The notes under the pieces were generated by a model. It searched no databases. It was not told the origin of the DNA and was given only the letters and a program-made list of their open reading frames with translations. Shown piece by piece: positions 48,885 to 58,761 of a DNA stretch of 64,000 nucleotides. Position numbers and translations under genes: made by a program. The DNA lies in NCBI GenBank assembly GCA_045863295.1, contig BTWA01000012.1, positions 32,001-96,000 on the forward strand, in the 5' to 3' direction. Source of the DNA: Candidatus Hydrogenedentota bacterium (GTDB lineage: Bacteria; Hydrogenedentota; Hydrogenedentia; Hydrogenedentales; SLHB01). Numbering within the stretch: the stretch's first letter is position 1; every line of letters starts with the position of its first letter.

Positions 48885-50027
48885 CTATGCGGTTACGCTC
48901 AACTTCTTTGAATTTGCGGCCTTCTGATCCATGACGGACTGCCATTTTCTGGCAACGGCGTGCGACATTATGCAATCAAGGTAGGCAGGATCCGTGCATG
49001 GAAATGGCTCGGAATCGTCAAGCACAAAGTCAGTATTGGAGCGGTCAAAGACCGCTTCCGCAAACATATACGGTCGCAGGGGCAGCATTGATTTCAAGGT
49101 GCGACGTTCTACCGGAGTCGCATCGCCATTCAAACGGGGGACATCCGCAAGCCGCCCTGGCGATCCCCGACGGGCACAGTATCCATTCGCCCACCCCATC
49201 ATGTGCCGGTGCGTCAACGGATTGGGATTCGTGAGATGAAACGTCCTGCCTGAAGGCCCGTCGCGGTCAATGATGGTCCACATCGCCCTCGCTACCCAGT
49301 CCACGGGCACCAAGTTCTGAGTTGAATGAGGATTCGCTTCAACGCGAATGGGCCTGTCACACGGAATTCGGCGTTCGGCCAACAGGGCTACCAAACGCAT
49401 AAAACCGTAAAAGTTCAGGAACTGGCAGATGGAACCATCCCCGGTTGCGCCTGTAATGATAGAAGGCCGGAATATCGATCCCTGCACTCGGCCACTCGCG
49501 ATCGCGTCTCGTACCATGCGCTCCGCCGTGAGTTTGCTCTTTTCATAGGTGTTCTTGAAGATCTGCCCATGATCGAGATCGCTCTCGCGCACAATACCTA
49601 CTCGAGTGCCTGCAACATACGCCGTGCTGACGTGGTAGAGCGGGATTCCCGTTCCTTCCAGAAAGTCAATGACGTTAGCCACACCCCAAACATTGGTATC
49701 CCAAATCACCTCATCCATCGAGCTATCGAAACTCGTACACGCGGCACAATGAATCAAGGCAGTCAACGTTCGCCGAAGTTCATCTCGTTGCCGGGAGGAG
49801 ATGCCAAGGTTGGGCAGGCATGCATCGCCATGCACAATGCGGATTCGTGACGTAAGGTGTCCCCGACCCGTAATAGACATGACGGCCGTCAAGCGCCTTC
49901 TAGCCGTGCCAGGGTCCGCGTCACGCATTAGGACGACCGGTTTGAGTCCGCGGTCCAGGCTTTCAGCCAGGACCCAACTTCCCATAATGCCCGTTGCGCC
50001 CGTCAGCAGGATGGAGCGGTGCCGCAT
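48885..50027 (-). CDS. Extended SDR, fatty acyl-CoA/thioester reductase (male-sterility) type
   Basis: LLTGATGIMG, HCAA, HVSTAYVAG, YEKSK, RPSII, NLVPVD. Confidence 0.8.
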   Translation of the reverse strand: MRHRSILLTGATGIMGSWVLAESLDRGLKPVVLMRDADPGTARRRLTAVMSITGRGHLTSRIRIVHGDACLPNLGISSRQRDELRRTLTALIHCAACTSFDSSMDEVIWDTNVWGVANVIDFLEGTGIPLYHVSTAYVAGTRVGIVRESDLDHGQIFKNTYEKSKLTAERMVRDAIASGRVQGSIFRPSIITGATGDGSICQFLNFYGFMRLVALLAERRIPCDRPIRVEANPHSTQNLVPVDWVARAMWTIIDRDGPSGRTFHLTNPNPLTHRHMMGWANGYCARRGSPGRLADVPRLNGDATPVERRTLKSMLPLRPYMFAEAVFDRSNTDFVLDDSEPFPCTDPAYLDCIMSHAVARKWQSVMDQKAANSKKLSVTA

Positions 50028-50123
50028 GGGATCCCCCTAAAATTGGCTGGTGCCGTTACCCCTCGAATCCGGACGCCAAAACTAAGTCTCGACATCGACA
50101 AACATACTAACCCGTCCAACCGT

Positions 50124-50140
50124 AGCACACCTTGTGCCAA
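50124..50140 (-). promoter_or_regulatory. Sigma54 (-24/-12) promoter
   Basis: TTGGCACAAGGTGTGCT: TGGCAC with exact GG-N10-GC spacing, about 100 bp upstream of the reductase. Confidence 0.65.
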
Positions 50141-50450
50141 GCAACCGTAAGTTGTGCGCTCAGCATAAAGTCTTTAGCAGGAACCAATTGAGTAGGCGAG
50201 TCTCCATTCGGTTGGGCGAAAGGAACGTATCGTGGCGTTGCACTGAACGGGAATGCGCAGGACAGGAGTGCGCGTCGACTGCACCTTTCTTGTGAAATTA
50301 CGGTCTTTCCGCCGGGCAAATTGATGCTCCTCCGCAGATTTACAGGAATGCCATTTACTCAAAATGGGTACAGAAAATGCTGCAATTAGCCGGCGGTGCA
50401 CTATGGCCCTCTTTCTTATGGGAGGTCCACGAGACCTTCGGAGCCTGGTC

Positions 50451-51206
50451 ATGACCGTGATCGACGTCGCCATGCGGCATGCAGTTATCGACGCCTACCG
50501 CGTTGAGCTACAACATCGCTATACCACACGAAATGTCCGCCGGTTTGTCGACCGAACCGCCTTTGACGAAGCTGTGCTGAAAGCGTTGAGGACGTTCTTC
50601 CTAAACCATATTTATCCGCCCGCGAAAGAGCGGGAAAAGCTGGATGCCGCCTGCGACCACGTTGCCGAGATTCTGCGGACCCCAAAACAAGTTATGCCCC
50701 TACTGGGCACCGCTCTGAAGACCCTGATCGCACTTGGCACAAGCCTGCCTGCCGCCGCCTCCATGACAGTTACCACGTTGGAGGCCCTGAAGGAAACTCG
50801 CCGATTTGAGAGTGAATTGGTCAAACTCGCCTTGAGGTCGAGCCATGCTCCAATCGATTTGAAGGAACGAGCCGTCTGCCGGGCACTCGTGGCGTTACTA
50901 CCCAAAAAGGAAGTCATTCGTTTCCGGACCGACGTTATCAAGCTTTTTGATTCCATGAACAACGTCAAACTGTTGCGAACTGGAGTCCGCGTCATGGAAC
51001 AAGCGATGACTACTATGCGGGGCAGGCCGGACAAATTCTCGGATCGTGACATACAAGGCTTTGAACTGGGTCGAACATTGCTTCATGCCAGCCAGCAACT
51101 CTACGAAATGTTGAAACCGGGCGAAGCCAGCCAAATCGTCGCTGTCATAGAAAGAATCGAAATCGACTGGTACGAGGGGGTAATTGCGGAAGCCCACAAC
51201 CGGTGA
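50451..51206 (+). CDS. Hypothetical all-helical protein
   Basis: Long ORF (open from 50364); ATG 50451 follows GGAG. Ends 12 bp before the SRPBCC gene. Confidence 0.65.
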   Translation: MTVIDVAMRHAVIDAYRVELQHRYTTRNVRRFVDRTAFDEAVLKALRTFFLNHIYPPAKEREKLDAACDHVAEILRTPKQVMPLLGTALKTLIALGTSLPAAASMTVTTLEALKETRRFESELVKLALRSSHAPIDLKERAVCRALVALLPKKEVIRFRTDVIKLFDSMNNVKLLRTGVRVMEQAMTTMRGRPDKFSDRDIQGFELGRTLLHASQQLYEMLKPGEASQIVAVIERIEIDWYEGVIAEAHNR

Positions 51207-51218
51207 GGAGGAAGCGCA

Positions 51219-51695
51219 ATGGCGTTCACGGTCGATGTGCAAGCGTCGAAGCGATTCAAGACGAAGGCACCCATCAAAAAAGTATATGAATTGGTGTCTG
51301 ACGTGCCAAAGTCCGCGGGCCACTTTCCAAAGCGGGAAAAGCTCATCGACCTGGGCGGAAACGCATATCGGTGGGAAATGGAGAAAATCGGTCTAGAGCG
51401 GTTCTCTATTCAAACCATCTACGCTTGTCAGTATGCAGCGAGCAAGAAAGACTGGACAGTTGCTTGGACGCCGATCGAAGGCGTGGGCAATGCGCGGATT
51501 AAGGGAAAATGGTTGCTGAAAGCCGCCAAGGACGGTGGAACGCAATGCAGTTTTTCCACATCCGGCGAATTGTCAATGCCGCTCCCCGGCATGGTCAAAT
51601 ACTTGGTGTCCGGTCTGCTCGAGCGTGAATTCTCGTCGCTAATCGAAGAATACTTGGACAATATAAAATCCGCTTTGGCGAATTCGGGGCAGTAG
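51219..51695 (+). CDS. SRPBCC/CoxG-like protein
   Basis: KAPIKKVYELVSDVP...HFP, YRWEM, GNARIKGKW; RBS GAGGAGG. Confidence 0.75.
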   Translation: MAFTVDVQASKRFKTKAPIKKVYELVSDVPKSAGHFPKREKLIDLGGNAYRWEMEKIGLERFSIQTIYACQYAASKKDWTVAWTPIEGVGNARIKGKWLLKAAKDGGTQCSFSTSGELSMPLPGMVKYLVSGLLEREFSSLIEEYLDNIKSALANSGQ

Positions 51696-51704
51696 CGAGC
51701 AAGT

Positions 51705-52010
51705 CTATTCTTCAGTAAACCGGATTCGACGCTTTTCTTGCTCCGCGTGCTCGCGATAAAGCATGGCCACGTGCCCAATGATACCCGCTACTGCACTGTG
51801 TGTCCGGGTCGCTAATTCGTCCACAAGCGCTCGTTTCTCATCCTTGTGGTCCACAAACCGGATCTTGATCAATTCGTGGGCGGCCAACGCCTTGTCTGCC
51901 GATTCCACCAATTGGTCGGTTATCCCGTTTTTGCCAATGAAAACAATGGGCTCCAAATGGTGTGCAAGACTGCGCAAGTATTTCCGATCACCGCTTGAAA
52001 GCTCTCGCAT
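51705..52010 (-). CDS. yhbY: YhbY (CRM domain) RNA-binding protein
   Basis: YLRSLAHHLEPIVFIGKNG, HELIKI, IGHVAMLYR. Confidence 0.93.
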   Translation of the reverse strand: MRELSSGDRKYLRSLAHHLEPIVFIGKNGITDQLVESADKALAAHELIKIRFVDHKDEKRALVDELATRTHSAVAGIIGHVAMLYREHAEQEKRRIRFTEE

Positions 52011-52094
52011 AGTTCCTCTTTGGGGTTATTTGTCCGCTCACTGTATTCGCGACGACTCTCCGAATCAACTTCTGAAGCATTTTTGGGGCCGCCC

Positions 52095-52124
52095 TTGACA
52101 GAGTGGCATTGTTGTCCGTATAGT
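52095..52124 (+). promoter_or_regulatory. Sigma70 promoter of marR, with adjacent imperfect palindrome (possible auto-operator)
   Basis: TTGACA-18 bp-TATAGT. GTTAATATGTGAAC overlaps the -10/+1 region. Confidence 0.6.
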
Positions 52125-52150
52125 TAATATGTGAACGGATAGGAAGATAT

Positions 52151-52630
52151 ATGCCGCTCAAAGAAGAACTGGGACTGCGCGAGTCCTTCAAACACCGGGA
52201 GCACGAAGTGCTGCTCGGCATCTATTACACGGCATCAATTCTGAAGAAAAAGGCGGACGAGTTTTTCCGTACAAGGGAACTTACAGACGTACAGTTCAAC
52301 GTTCTCATGCTGTTGAAAAGCCAGTGTGGGGAAGAAGGTGGACTTACCCAGGTGGAATTAAGCCGGATGATGTTGGTCAATCGTGCCAATATTACATCAC
52401 TGGTCGATCGCATGGAAAAGGCAAATCTGGTGACCCGCGTCGCTACGCCCGGTGACCGTCGGTATAACCTCATCAAGATGACCAAACGGGGAGAGCGCAT
52501 TTTCATGGCCGTGGCGGAGGAATATCATCATGCGGTGGATGAGGTCATGGGCGCATTGAATGACTCTGAAAAGAAGACGCTGAGCGGGTTGCTCGAAAAG
52601 TTGCGCAAACACCTTCCGGACCAAGGCTGA
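52151..52630 (+). CDS. MarR family transcriptional regulator
   Basis: LTDVQFNVL, LTQVELS, NITSLVDRMEK, DRR, TKRG. Confidence 0.92.
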   Translation: MPLKEELGLRESFKHREHEVLLGIYYTASILKKKADEFFRTRELTDVQFNVLMLLKSQCGEEGGLTQVELSRMMLVNRANITSLVDRMEKANLVTRVATPGDRRYNLIKMTKRGERIFMAVAEEYHHAVDEVMGALNDSEKKTLSGLLEKLRKHLPDQG

Positions 52631-52657
52631 TTACTTAACCCGACAGGAGCCATTGCC

Positions 52658-53950
52658 ATGTTTCGTGTATACGTGCAGTTTAGATATAAACAGCTTATGT
52701 ACATACTAAAACGGTGGCTTCTGAAAGCTACGGCACTCGCCGCCATCGCTACCTTCGTCTCCGGATGCCTAACCGTGTGTTGGACCGTAATGCTTATCCC
52801 TCTATGTCTGGTTGGCGTTATCTTTTTGCCGTTTTACCTCGTCATGCTACCCATCTACTATGCGAACGAGGGTGCGCCTGACACGTTCGGGGTCCAGCAA
52901 ATTGCAGTGGCGCCCGATGGCCGTTCCATCGCGGGAACGGTGCTCGAAAACGGCAAAACACGCCTGGTCCGATTTCCAGTGGAGGGCGAATCTACGCCGA
53001 TTCTGTTGACCGACGGAAACCATTCGGATTTCGATCCTGTATACACGCCTTCGGGCGATAGCCTCTTGTTCGCCCGCAACACAGGGCGGGACGAGTCAAA
53101 CCTGTTTGCAATGGAGCCAGACGGATCGAACCTCCGGCAGTTAACCCATACCAAAGGCAATTTGTGGGGTGTCAACCTATCGAAAGACGGCCAGTGGGCG
53201 GTATTCAGCTATTCTGAAAAGGGGAAGCAAGCAGACATCCATCTGCTGAATCTAGTGACATTGGAACGTCTGACCGTTACCAACGACGAAGACTCCCATG
53301 ATATCAATCCCATTCTGCTTGAGGATGGTGAAACGATCCTCTTCGCTCGAGGAACATGGTTTGGCCACTATTCCCCGATTGCCGCATCGGCTTGGCACGA
53401 TTTCGACCTTTTCACCGTCCAAAAAGACGGTACCGATCTCCGCCAGCTCACCCGTCAAAGCAGCTACGGAACAAGCCGTATGGAACGAACTTCCGATCGG
53501 AATCGTGTTCTCTATTCGTACGGGGGCTTTGTATCACTGGAAGACGGACAGATTGCCGACATACTTCCCAAGGGTATTCGCTACACGGTGTTGAGTGAGA
53601 CAGACCTTCCAGTAAATGACCCAGGCCGGTTTCGAATTTCAAGGGATGGCAAACGCCTCGCGTTTCTAATGAGCGAAGAGACGAGCGAAGGAAAGGACAT
53701 CGACACCCTTCACATCATGGATGTTGAAGACCAAACGCCCAGGGAAATCGCACGGCATGAATCCATACACTCCGTTTCATGGATGCCTTCCGGCGATGCA
53801 GTTGCTTTCACTTCCAGTCGTTCAATAACCAAAACCCAACAAAGGCTCGAACTGTGGCTGGCTATGGTCGACGGTTCGCCACCTCGGCGTTTGGATTACG
53901 CTCTGGAAAGCGGATCAGAAGAAAAGGAGCACCGCGATGAAGACGAATAA
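52658..53950 (+). CDS. TolB-like (PD40 repeat) beta-propeller protein
   Basis: APDGRSI, PVYTPSGD, MEPDGSNLRQLT, DGTDLRQLT, SRDGKRLAF; hydrophobic N-terminus. Alternative start at 52697. Confidence 0.8.
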   Translation: MFRVYVQFRYKQLMYILKRWLLKATALAAIATFVSGCLTVCWTVMLIPLCLVGVIFLPFYLVMLPIYYANEGAPDTFGVQQIAVAPDGRSIAGTVLENGKTRLVRFPVEGESTPILLTDGNHSDFDPVYTPSGDSLLFARNTGRDESNLFAMEPDGSNLRQLTHTKGNLWGVNLSKDGQWAVFSYSEKGKQADIHLLNLVTLERLTVTNDEDSHDINPILLEDGETILFARGTWFGHYSPIAASAWHDFDLFTVQKDGTDLRQLTRQSSYGTSRMERTSDRNRVLYSYGGFVSLEDGQIADILPKGIRYTVLSETDLPVNDPGRFRISRDGKRLAFLMSEETSEGKDIDTLHIMDVEDQTPREIARHESIHSVSWMPSGDAVAFTSSRSITKTQQRLELWLAMVDGSPPRRLDYALESGSEEKEHRDEDE

Positions 53951-55133
53951 ACCTGTGGCCGTTCTGGCCTTGATGCTCGCTGTGGGGTGCGCCCACAGCC
54001 GGACTCAGCCGGGTATGGATGGTGTGCAATCAGCCGTCGTTTCGCCCTGCACCGGCACAATCGTCATGGAATACCGATCGCAAGGAGTACAGAACCTTTT
54101 GGCCATCGCCCCGGACAGCGTAACGGCAAAACCGCTGACCACAGGCAGCGTGTACGACTTCGGTCCGACCTGTTCGCCAACCAAACCCCTGATTGTCTTT
54201 GCCAGAAAGACGACCGATCACAAGGCCGCCCTGTGGACGGTGGCAATGGATGGAAGCAAATTGAACAGGATCACCAGCGGCCAAACGCGCGACTGGATGC
54301 CACGGTTTACGCCCGACGGCGAGGAGGTGATCTATTGTTCCGCGACCGGCGATGACACCAGCTTATATGCGATAGGCGAAAACGGGACAAACCGGCGACC
54401 GGTTGCCATCGCATATCGATCGTCTATCCGGCCTCAGCCGCTGAATGACGACGGGCAGATTTTGTTTTGGCGCGCCTGGAACCGTGCAAAGGGAGGCTCG
54501 TTTGAAGAACCTGCATGGGATTACCACGGCCCATACCTTTTAGACCCTGTCACTGATCTCTGTACCCGGCTTCACGAGGATTTCTACGCCCGGCCCATTT
54601 CGGTGAGCGCTTCCCTGCGGTTAGGCATCGTGGCTGTGTGTGTCCCCGACGATTCGAATGACGACGCTCTGTTGTTGTACTGGCGAGAAGAACCGGCGAG
54701 ATGGCGGTACTTGAGACCCTCTAGCGAAGGCTATGTAGATCTGGATGAGTACAAAAAGAACACGATCGATCTGCGCTATCCTTGTTTCTCTCCGGAAGGT
54801 GCAATGCTGGTTTTCACGCGAGTGGAACGGGGCAAGAACCAAAGTACCTTGCATGTGATGGACATGAACACGGGTACGGCAAGACAAGTGTATGGGCAGG
54901 GGAATTGGATTGAATCGCCTTGCTTTCTACTTGGGGAGGAGAAGATCATTTTCATTGCCGTGGAGATGGAGGGAGGGCAGGCATGCCGCCAACTTTGGAT
55001 GGTAGACACGGACGGTACGAACGCCAAACGGTTGGACGCCGGGATCGGAACTACTGCGTCAGAATCGATGGCTACTCCGCCTCGGAAGCCCGGGAGGGTT
55101 GCGGGACCAAAAGTAGTAGTCCTCCGCCAATGA
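53937..55133 (+). CDS. TolB-like (PD40 repeat) lipoprotein
   Basis: Lipobox AVGC; PRFTPDG, PCFSPEG, DTDGTNAKRL. Confidence 0.8.
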   Translation: MKTNKPVAVLALMLAVGCAHSRTQPGMDGVQSAVVSPCTGTIVMEYRSQGVQNLLAIAPDSVTAKPLTTGSVYDFGPTCSPTKPLIVFARKTTDHKAALWTVAMDGSKLNRITSGQTRDWMPRFTPDGEEVIYCSATGDDTSLYAIGENGTNRRPVAIAYRSSIRPQPLNDDGQILFWRAWNRAKGGSFEEPAWDYHGPYLLDPVTDLCTRLHEDFYARPISVSASLRLGIVAVCVPDDSNDDALLLYWREEPARWRYLRPSSEGYVDLDEYKKNTIDLRYPCFSPEGAMLVFTRVERGKNQSTLHVMDMNTGTARQVYGQGNWIESPCFLLGEEKIIFIAVEMEGGQACRQLWMVDTDGTNAKRLDAGIGTTASESMATPPRKPGRVAGPKVVVLRQ

Positions 55134-56316
55134 GGAACAAAACGATCAGGCTCAATACACCGGACTGCACGCGCCCGCTGACCTGCGTGAATATACCAAC
55201 CAATAGCGGTCCAAGCACGGCGGCAAATTTGCCGAAAATGTCGTAGAAGCCAAAGAACTGCGCTGCCTTCGTCTTCGGCACGATGGCTGCAAAATAGGAC
55301 CGGCTTAACGCCTGTATGCCTCCCTGCGCCGTGCCCACCAGAATCGCCATGATCCAGAACTCGGTGGCGCTGGTCACAAAGTAGGCGAAGACTGTGACAC
55401 CCAGATAGATGACGAGACCGAACAGCAGCATGTTTTTGCCGGTAAACGTTTTGGCCAGCATGCCGTAGATGATGGCGGAGGGAAACGCCACAATCTGAGT
55501 AACAAGGAAGATCATCAGCAATGTGTTGTCTGTCAGACCAATGTCCTTGCCAAACACCGTCGCCATTTTGATGATTGTATGCACGCCATCGATATAGCAG
55601 AAATAGGCCAGCAAGAAGAGAAAGACATGCCGGTAATGCCGGATTTCGGATAGGGTCTTGAACAGTCGGGCAAAGCTCTCCGTCACCGGATTTCCCGAAC
55701 TCTCCAAGAAATGCTTTTGGCGGACGTTTAACAACAGGGGAACAGTCAACAGCAACCACCAAGTAGCCGTAATTACAAACCCGATGCGTGTCGCCGTCAC
55801 AGTTTCAATTCCTAACTGAGGCGCCATCCGGACAATTCCCAACACGAGGATAAACGGCAATACACTTCCGATGTAGCCCCACGCGAACCCGGATGCGGAA
55901 ATCCAGTCCATGCGTTCGTCATCCGTCACATCCACCAAAAACGAATCGTAAAACACGACTGCCCCGTAAAACCCAATCGAAGACACGGCATAAATGATCG
56001 CGCACGTCAGCCACGCGCCTTCCTGAACCGCCACCAGGGCCAGCGTCGAAACAATGCCAATGGCAAAAAACGCCATAAACAGGCGCTTCTTGAAGTCCTT
56101 CAAATCCGCCATCGCCCCAAGCACAGGCGCCACCAGCGCCACGCACAACGAGGCCGCTGTGTTGGTGTACGCCCAATATGCTGTCGAAGTCTCGCTGTCC
56201 AGCCCCTGAGCCGCCACGTTCTTAAAGAAAATGGGGAGGACCGTCGCCGTTATGATTAGGGTATACGCCGAATTCCCCACATCATAGAGAATCCAGCTCC
56301 GCTCTTGCTTGGTCAT
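55072..56316 (-). CDS. MFS transporter (UMF1/Atg22-like)
   Basis: SWILYDVGNSAY, FYDSFL, GFAWGYIG, GGIQALSRS, FFGFYDIFGKFAA. Confidence 0.9.
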   Translation of the reverse strand: MTKQERSWILYDVGNSAYTLIITATVLPIFFKNVAAQGLDSETSTAYWAYTNTAASLCVALVAPVLGAMADLKDFKKRLFMAFFAIGIVSTLALVAVQEGAWLTCAIIYAVSSIGFYGAVVFYDSFLVDVTDDERMDWISASGFAWGYIGSVLPFILVLGIVRMAPQLGIETVTATRIGFVITATWWLLLTVPLLLNVRQKHFLESSGNPVTESFARLFKTLSEIRHYRHVFLFLLAYFCYIDGVHTIIKMATVFGKDIGLTDNTLLMIFLVTQIVAFPSAIIYGMLAKTFTGKNMLLFGLVIYLGVTVFAYFVTSATEFWIMAILVGTAQGGIQALSRSYFAAIVPKTKAAQFFGFYDIFGKFAAVLGPLLVGIFTQVSGRVQSGVLSLIVLFLIGGGLLLLVPQPSRASEAE

Positions 56317-56445
56317 GCAAACGCCCCTGAAGTTATTGCGGAATTGTGACTACCTAAATTGTGGTAATCAAGCGGACCATCACCCGGTGGACGCCAATAG
56401 GCCACAATACGCCTCCCAATAAGCAACCGACCGAAGTCCGGACCA

Positions 56446-56474
56446 TTGAATGCAATTTGATCCTTCTCTACAAT
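56446..56474 (+). promoter_or_regulatory. Sigma70 promoter of the diguanylate cyclase
   Basis: TTGAAT-17 bp-TACAAT; predicts a start near 56481. Confidence 0.6.
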
Positions 56475-56573
56475 CCCATTGGACAGTTAGGTACCGGCTG
56501 GGTCCAAGAGAGGCGCCGGGAGCCGTAGCGACTCACTGGAGTCCGCCCATCAGGTGCAGATACCGGGAACGGA

Positions 56574-58520
56574 ATGAGAATCCGAACAAAAACCGGGCTG
56601 GTGTTTGTTGGCGTCGTCGCGCCTTTGGTCTGCGCGGTATACGCGATTTCACAAATCATACTGCTGCGTCACTTCTCTCAAATCGAAGTGGCCGACGCCC
56701 GACGCACCATAGTACAGGTGGAAAACGTCCTCAAAGCTCGTGTGGAAGACCTCTCTGTACGGGTTGCGGACTGGGCGAATTGGGACGAAACGTACCGCTT
56801 CTTGCAAGACGCAAATCAGAGTTTCGTCGTCCAAAACCTGAATTCGGAGTCATTTGTCTACGGGTTGAATGTAAATTTTGCCGTTTTTCTTGACACGGAA
56901 CGTCGTGTAGTGCGCGTGGCTGGATTCGATTTGGAATCCGGCGAACCCATGGATCCCCCCGCAGAATTCCTGCACTCCCTCACTCCTGAAAACCCGTTAC
57001 TGACGGCAAGGCCTTCGGATTCGCCTGCGGCCGGATTTGCCTTTCTTGATGCCGGATTGCTGATGGTATCCGGATTGCCCGTATTGAAGAGCGATTTCAC
57101 GGGGCCGCCCACGGGGTACCTTGTCTTTGCCGTGCTGATGGACAGTCGGTACGTACGCAGTCTGGGTGATATGTTGGGACACACCATTGAAGTCTTAGCA
57201 CCCGGAGCCGGGATCAACCAAGGTGAGTATGATGCTCTCTTCGCGGAATTTAAGGCGAACAATGCCCCGCCGGTTTCGGTTCTGGACGACCGGCAAATCG
57301 CCGCATATTCATTTCTCACAGATGTTCACGGAAATCCGGGGTCCATACTACGAGTAAGTGTGCCTCGAGATACCTATCCACAAGGCGTGCGCGCTCTGAA
57401 TTTGCTGATGTTTGCACTGATTCTCGTGGGCGTATCCGTTTCCGTCGCCTCAATGCTGTTATGGGATCGTTTTGTACTGGCACGAATCGCGAGACTGAGC
57501 GCGGAAATTGCCGCGATCAGTCAAAGACGCAACACAGCGCAACGCGTCACCGTAAGCGGTAACGATGAAATCACCTCCTTCGAAACCATGATTAACGAGA
57601 TGTTGGAAACCGTGCATTCGGCAGAATCCGCACTAATGGAGAACGACGCCAGGCTTCGTGCCATTTTATACACGGCGGTGGACGGTATAGTTACAATCGA
57701 TGGAACGGGCGCTATTCAAAGTCTCAATCGGTCCGCGGAAGTCACTTTTGGATATGCACCCAACGAAGTCATCGGCCGGCGATTCGACATCCTTGTGCCG
57801 GACATCGATCCAGAACCACATACAAACCAGCCGGCAATGAATATGCAAGAGTATCTTGGATCGGGCCGGGAGGTTGTGGGACGCCGCAAGAATGGCGAAT
57901 CATTCCCATTGTATCTGGCCGTGAGTGAAGTACCCTTAAAGAACATGCACATATACTCCGCAATCATGCGGGACATCACGGTCGCGAAACGCAATGAAGC
58001 AAAACTAACGGAATTGGCCACAATTGACTCGCTCACAGGATTGAACAATCGAAGATATTTCCTGGAAAGACTAGAATTCGCCGTGGAGTCCAAGAAGCGA
58101 TTCGGCCATGCCATGTGTGCGGCGTACCTCGACGTTGACGAGTTTAAACAGGTCAATGACCACTTCGGCCATGCCGTAGGCGACGACGTTCTGGCGGCTC
58201 TGGGAAAGATCATTCAGGCCGAAGTGCGGAAAATCGATATCGCCGGCCGTTTGGGCGGCGACGAGTTTTGTATCGTGTTCATTCAAACTACGGCCAAAGC
58301 GGCATTATTAAGTGTGGACCGTATCCGGAAAGCCATAGAGGCCGTATCCTTTGGGCACGATGCCGCACGGCCTGTCCGAGTGACCATTACGGCGGGGCTA
58401 GCCGATATGCCGCAGGGTGAATGCAGCGCCAAATCACTTCTGGAAGCGGCGGATTCGGCCTTGTATAAGGCAAAAGAACTTGGCAAGAATCGTTGCGGTG
58501 TCTTCAACGAGCAATCATAG
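56574..58520 (+). CDS. Diguanylate cyclase (TM-CHASE4-TM-HAMP-PAS-GGDEF)
   Basis: DWANWDETY (CHASE4), GNDEI (HAMP), PAS with RRKNGESFP, DSLTGL, I-site RKID, intact GGDEF. Confidence 0.92.
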   Translation: MRIRTKTGLVFVGVVAPLVCAVYAISQIILLRHFSQIEVADARRTIVQVENVLKARVEDLSVRVADWANWDETYRFLQDANQSFVVQNLNSESFVYGLNVNFAVFLDTERRVVRVAGFDLESGEPMDPPAEFLHSLTPENPLLTARPSDSPAAGFAFLDAGLLMVSGLPVLKSDFTGPPTGYLVFAVLMDSRYVRSLGDMLGHTIEVLAPGAGINQGEYDALFAEFKANNAPPVSVLDDRQIAAYSFLTDVHGNPGSILRVSVPRDTYPQGVRALNLLMFALILVGVSVSVASMLLWDRFVLARIARLSAEIAAISQRRNTAQRVTVSGNDEITSFETMINEMLETVHSAESALMENDARLRAILYTAVDGIVTIDGTGAIQSLNRSAEVTFGYAPNEVIGRRFDILVPDIDPEPHTNQPAMNMQEYLGSGREVVGRRKNGESFPLYLAVSEVPLKNMHIYSAIMRDITVAKRNEAKLTELATIDSLTGLNNRRYFLERLEFAVESKKRFGHAMCAAYLDVDEFKQVNDHFGHAVGDDVLAALGKIIQAEVRKIDIAGRLGGDEFCIVFIQTTAKAALLSVDRIRKAIEAVSFGHDAARPVRVTITAGLADMPQGECSAKSLLEAADSALYKAKELGKNRCGVFNEQS

Positions 58521-58552
58521 AAGCCCCGTAGGGTAGACCTCTGAATATTCGC

Positions 58553-58723
58553 TCATAAAGGCTGCTTTGGCACAAGTACTTGCGCTGATGTCGCGTTTCC
58601 GTCTTCAACATTCGTTGACACTTTGGGGAGATACGATTCAGGCGGTGCGTTCGTTGAAGTGAAGACGAGGAAGAGAAGGGCTAAAAGCAATGCAAGGCCT
58701 ATCCGCTTTGCCAAAGTGTTCAT
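58553..58723 (-). CDS. 56-aa small exported/membrane protein
   Basis: MNTLAKRIGLALLLALLFLVFTSTNAPP... with a signal/TM N-terminus. Starts 38 bp after the sulfotransferase stop. Confidence 0.55.
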   Translation of the reverse strand: MNTLAKRIGLALLLALLFLVFTSTNAPPESYLPKVSTNVEDGNATSAQVLVPKQPL

Positions 58724-58761
58724 GAGAACAGTAATCCCTGAACCCTCGGCAGAGTTGCCGT

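Noticed and set aside
48230..48934. 234-aa plus-strand ORF
   Set aside because: Antisense to the phasin-like gene, which has an RBS and a recognisable pattern.
54776..55762. 328-aa minus-strand ORF
   Set aside because: Alternate frame of the MFS gene and antisense to the TolB-like gene.
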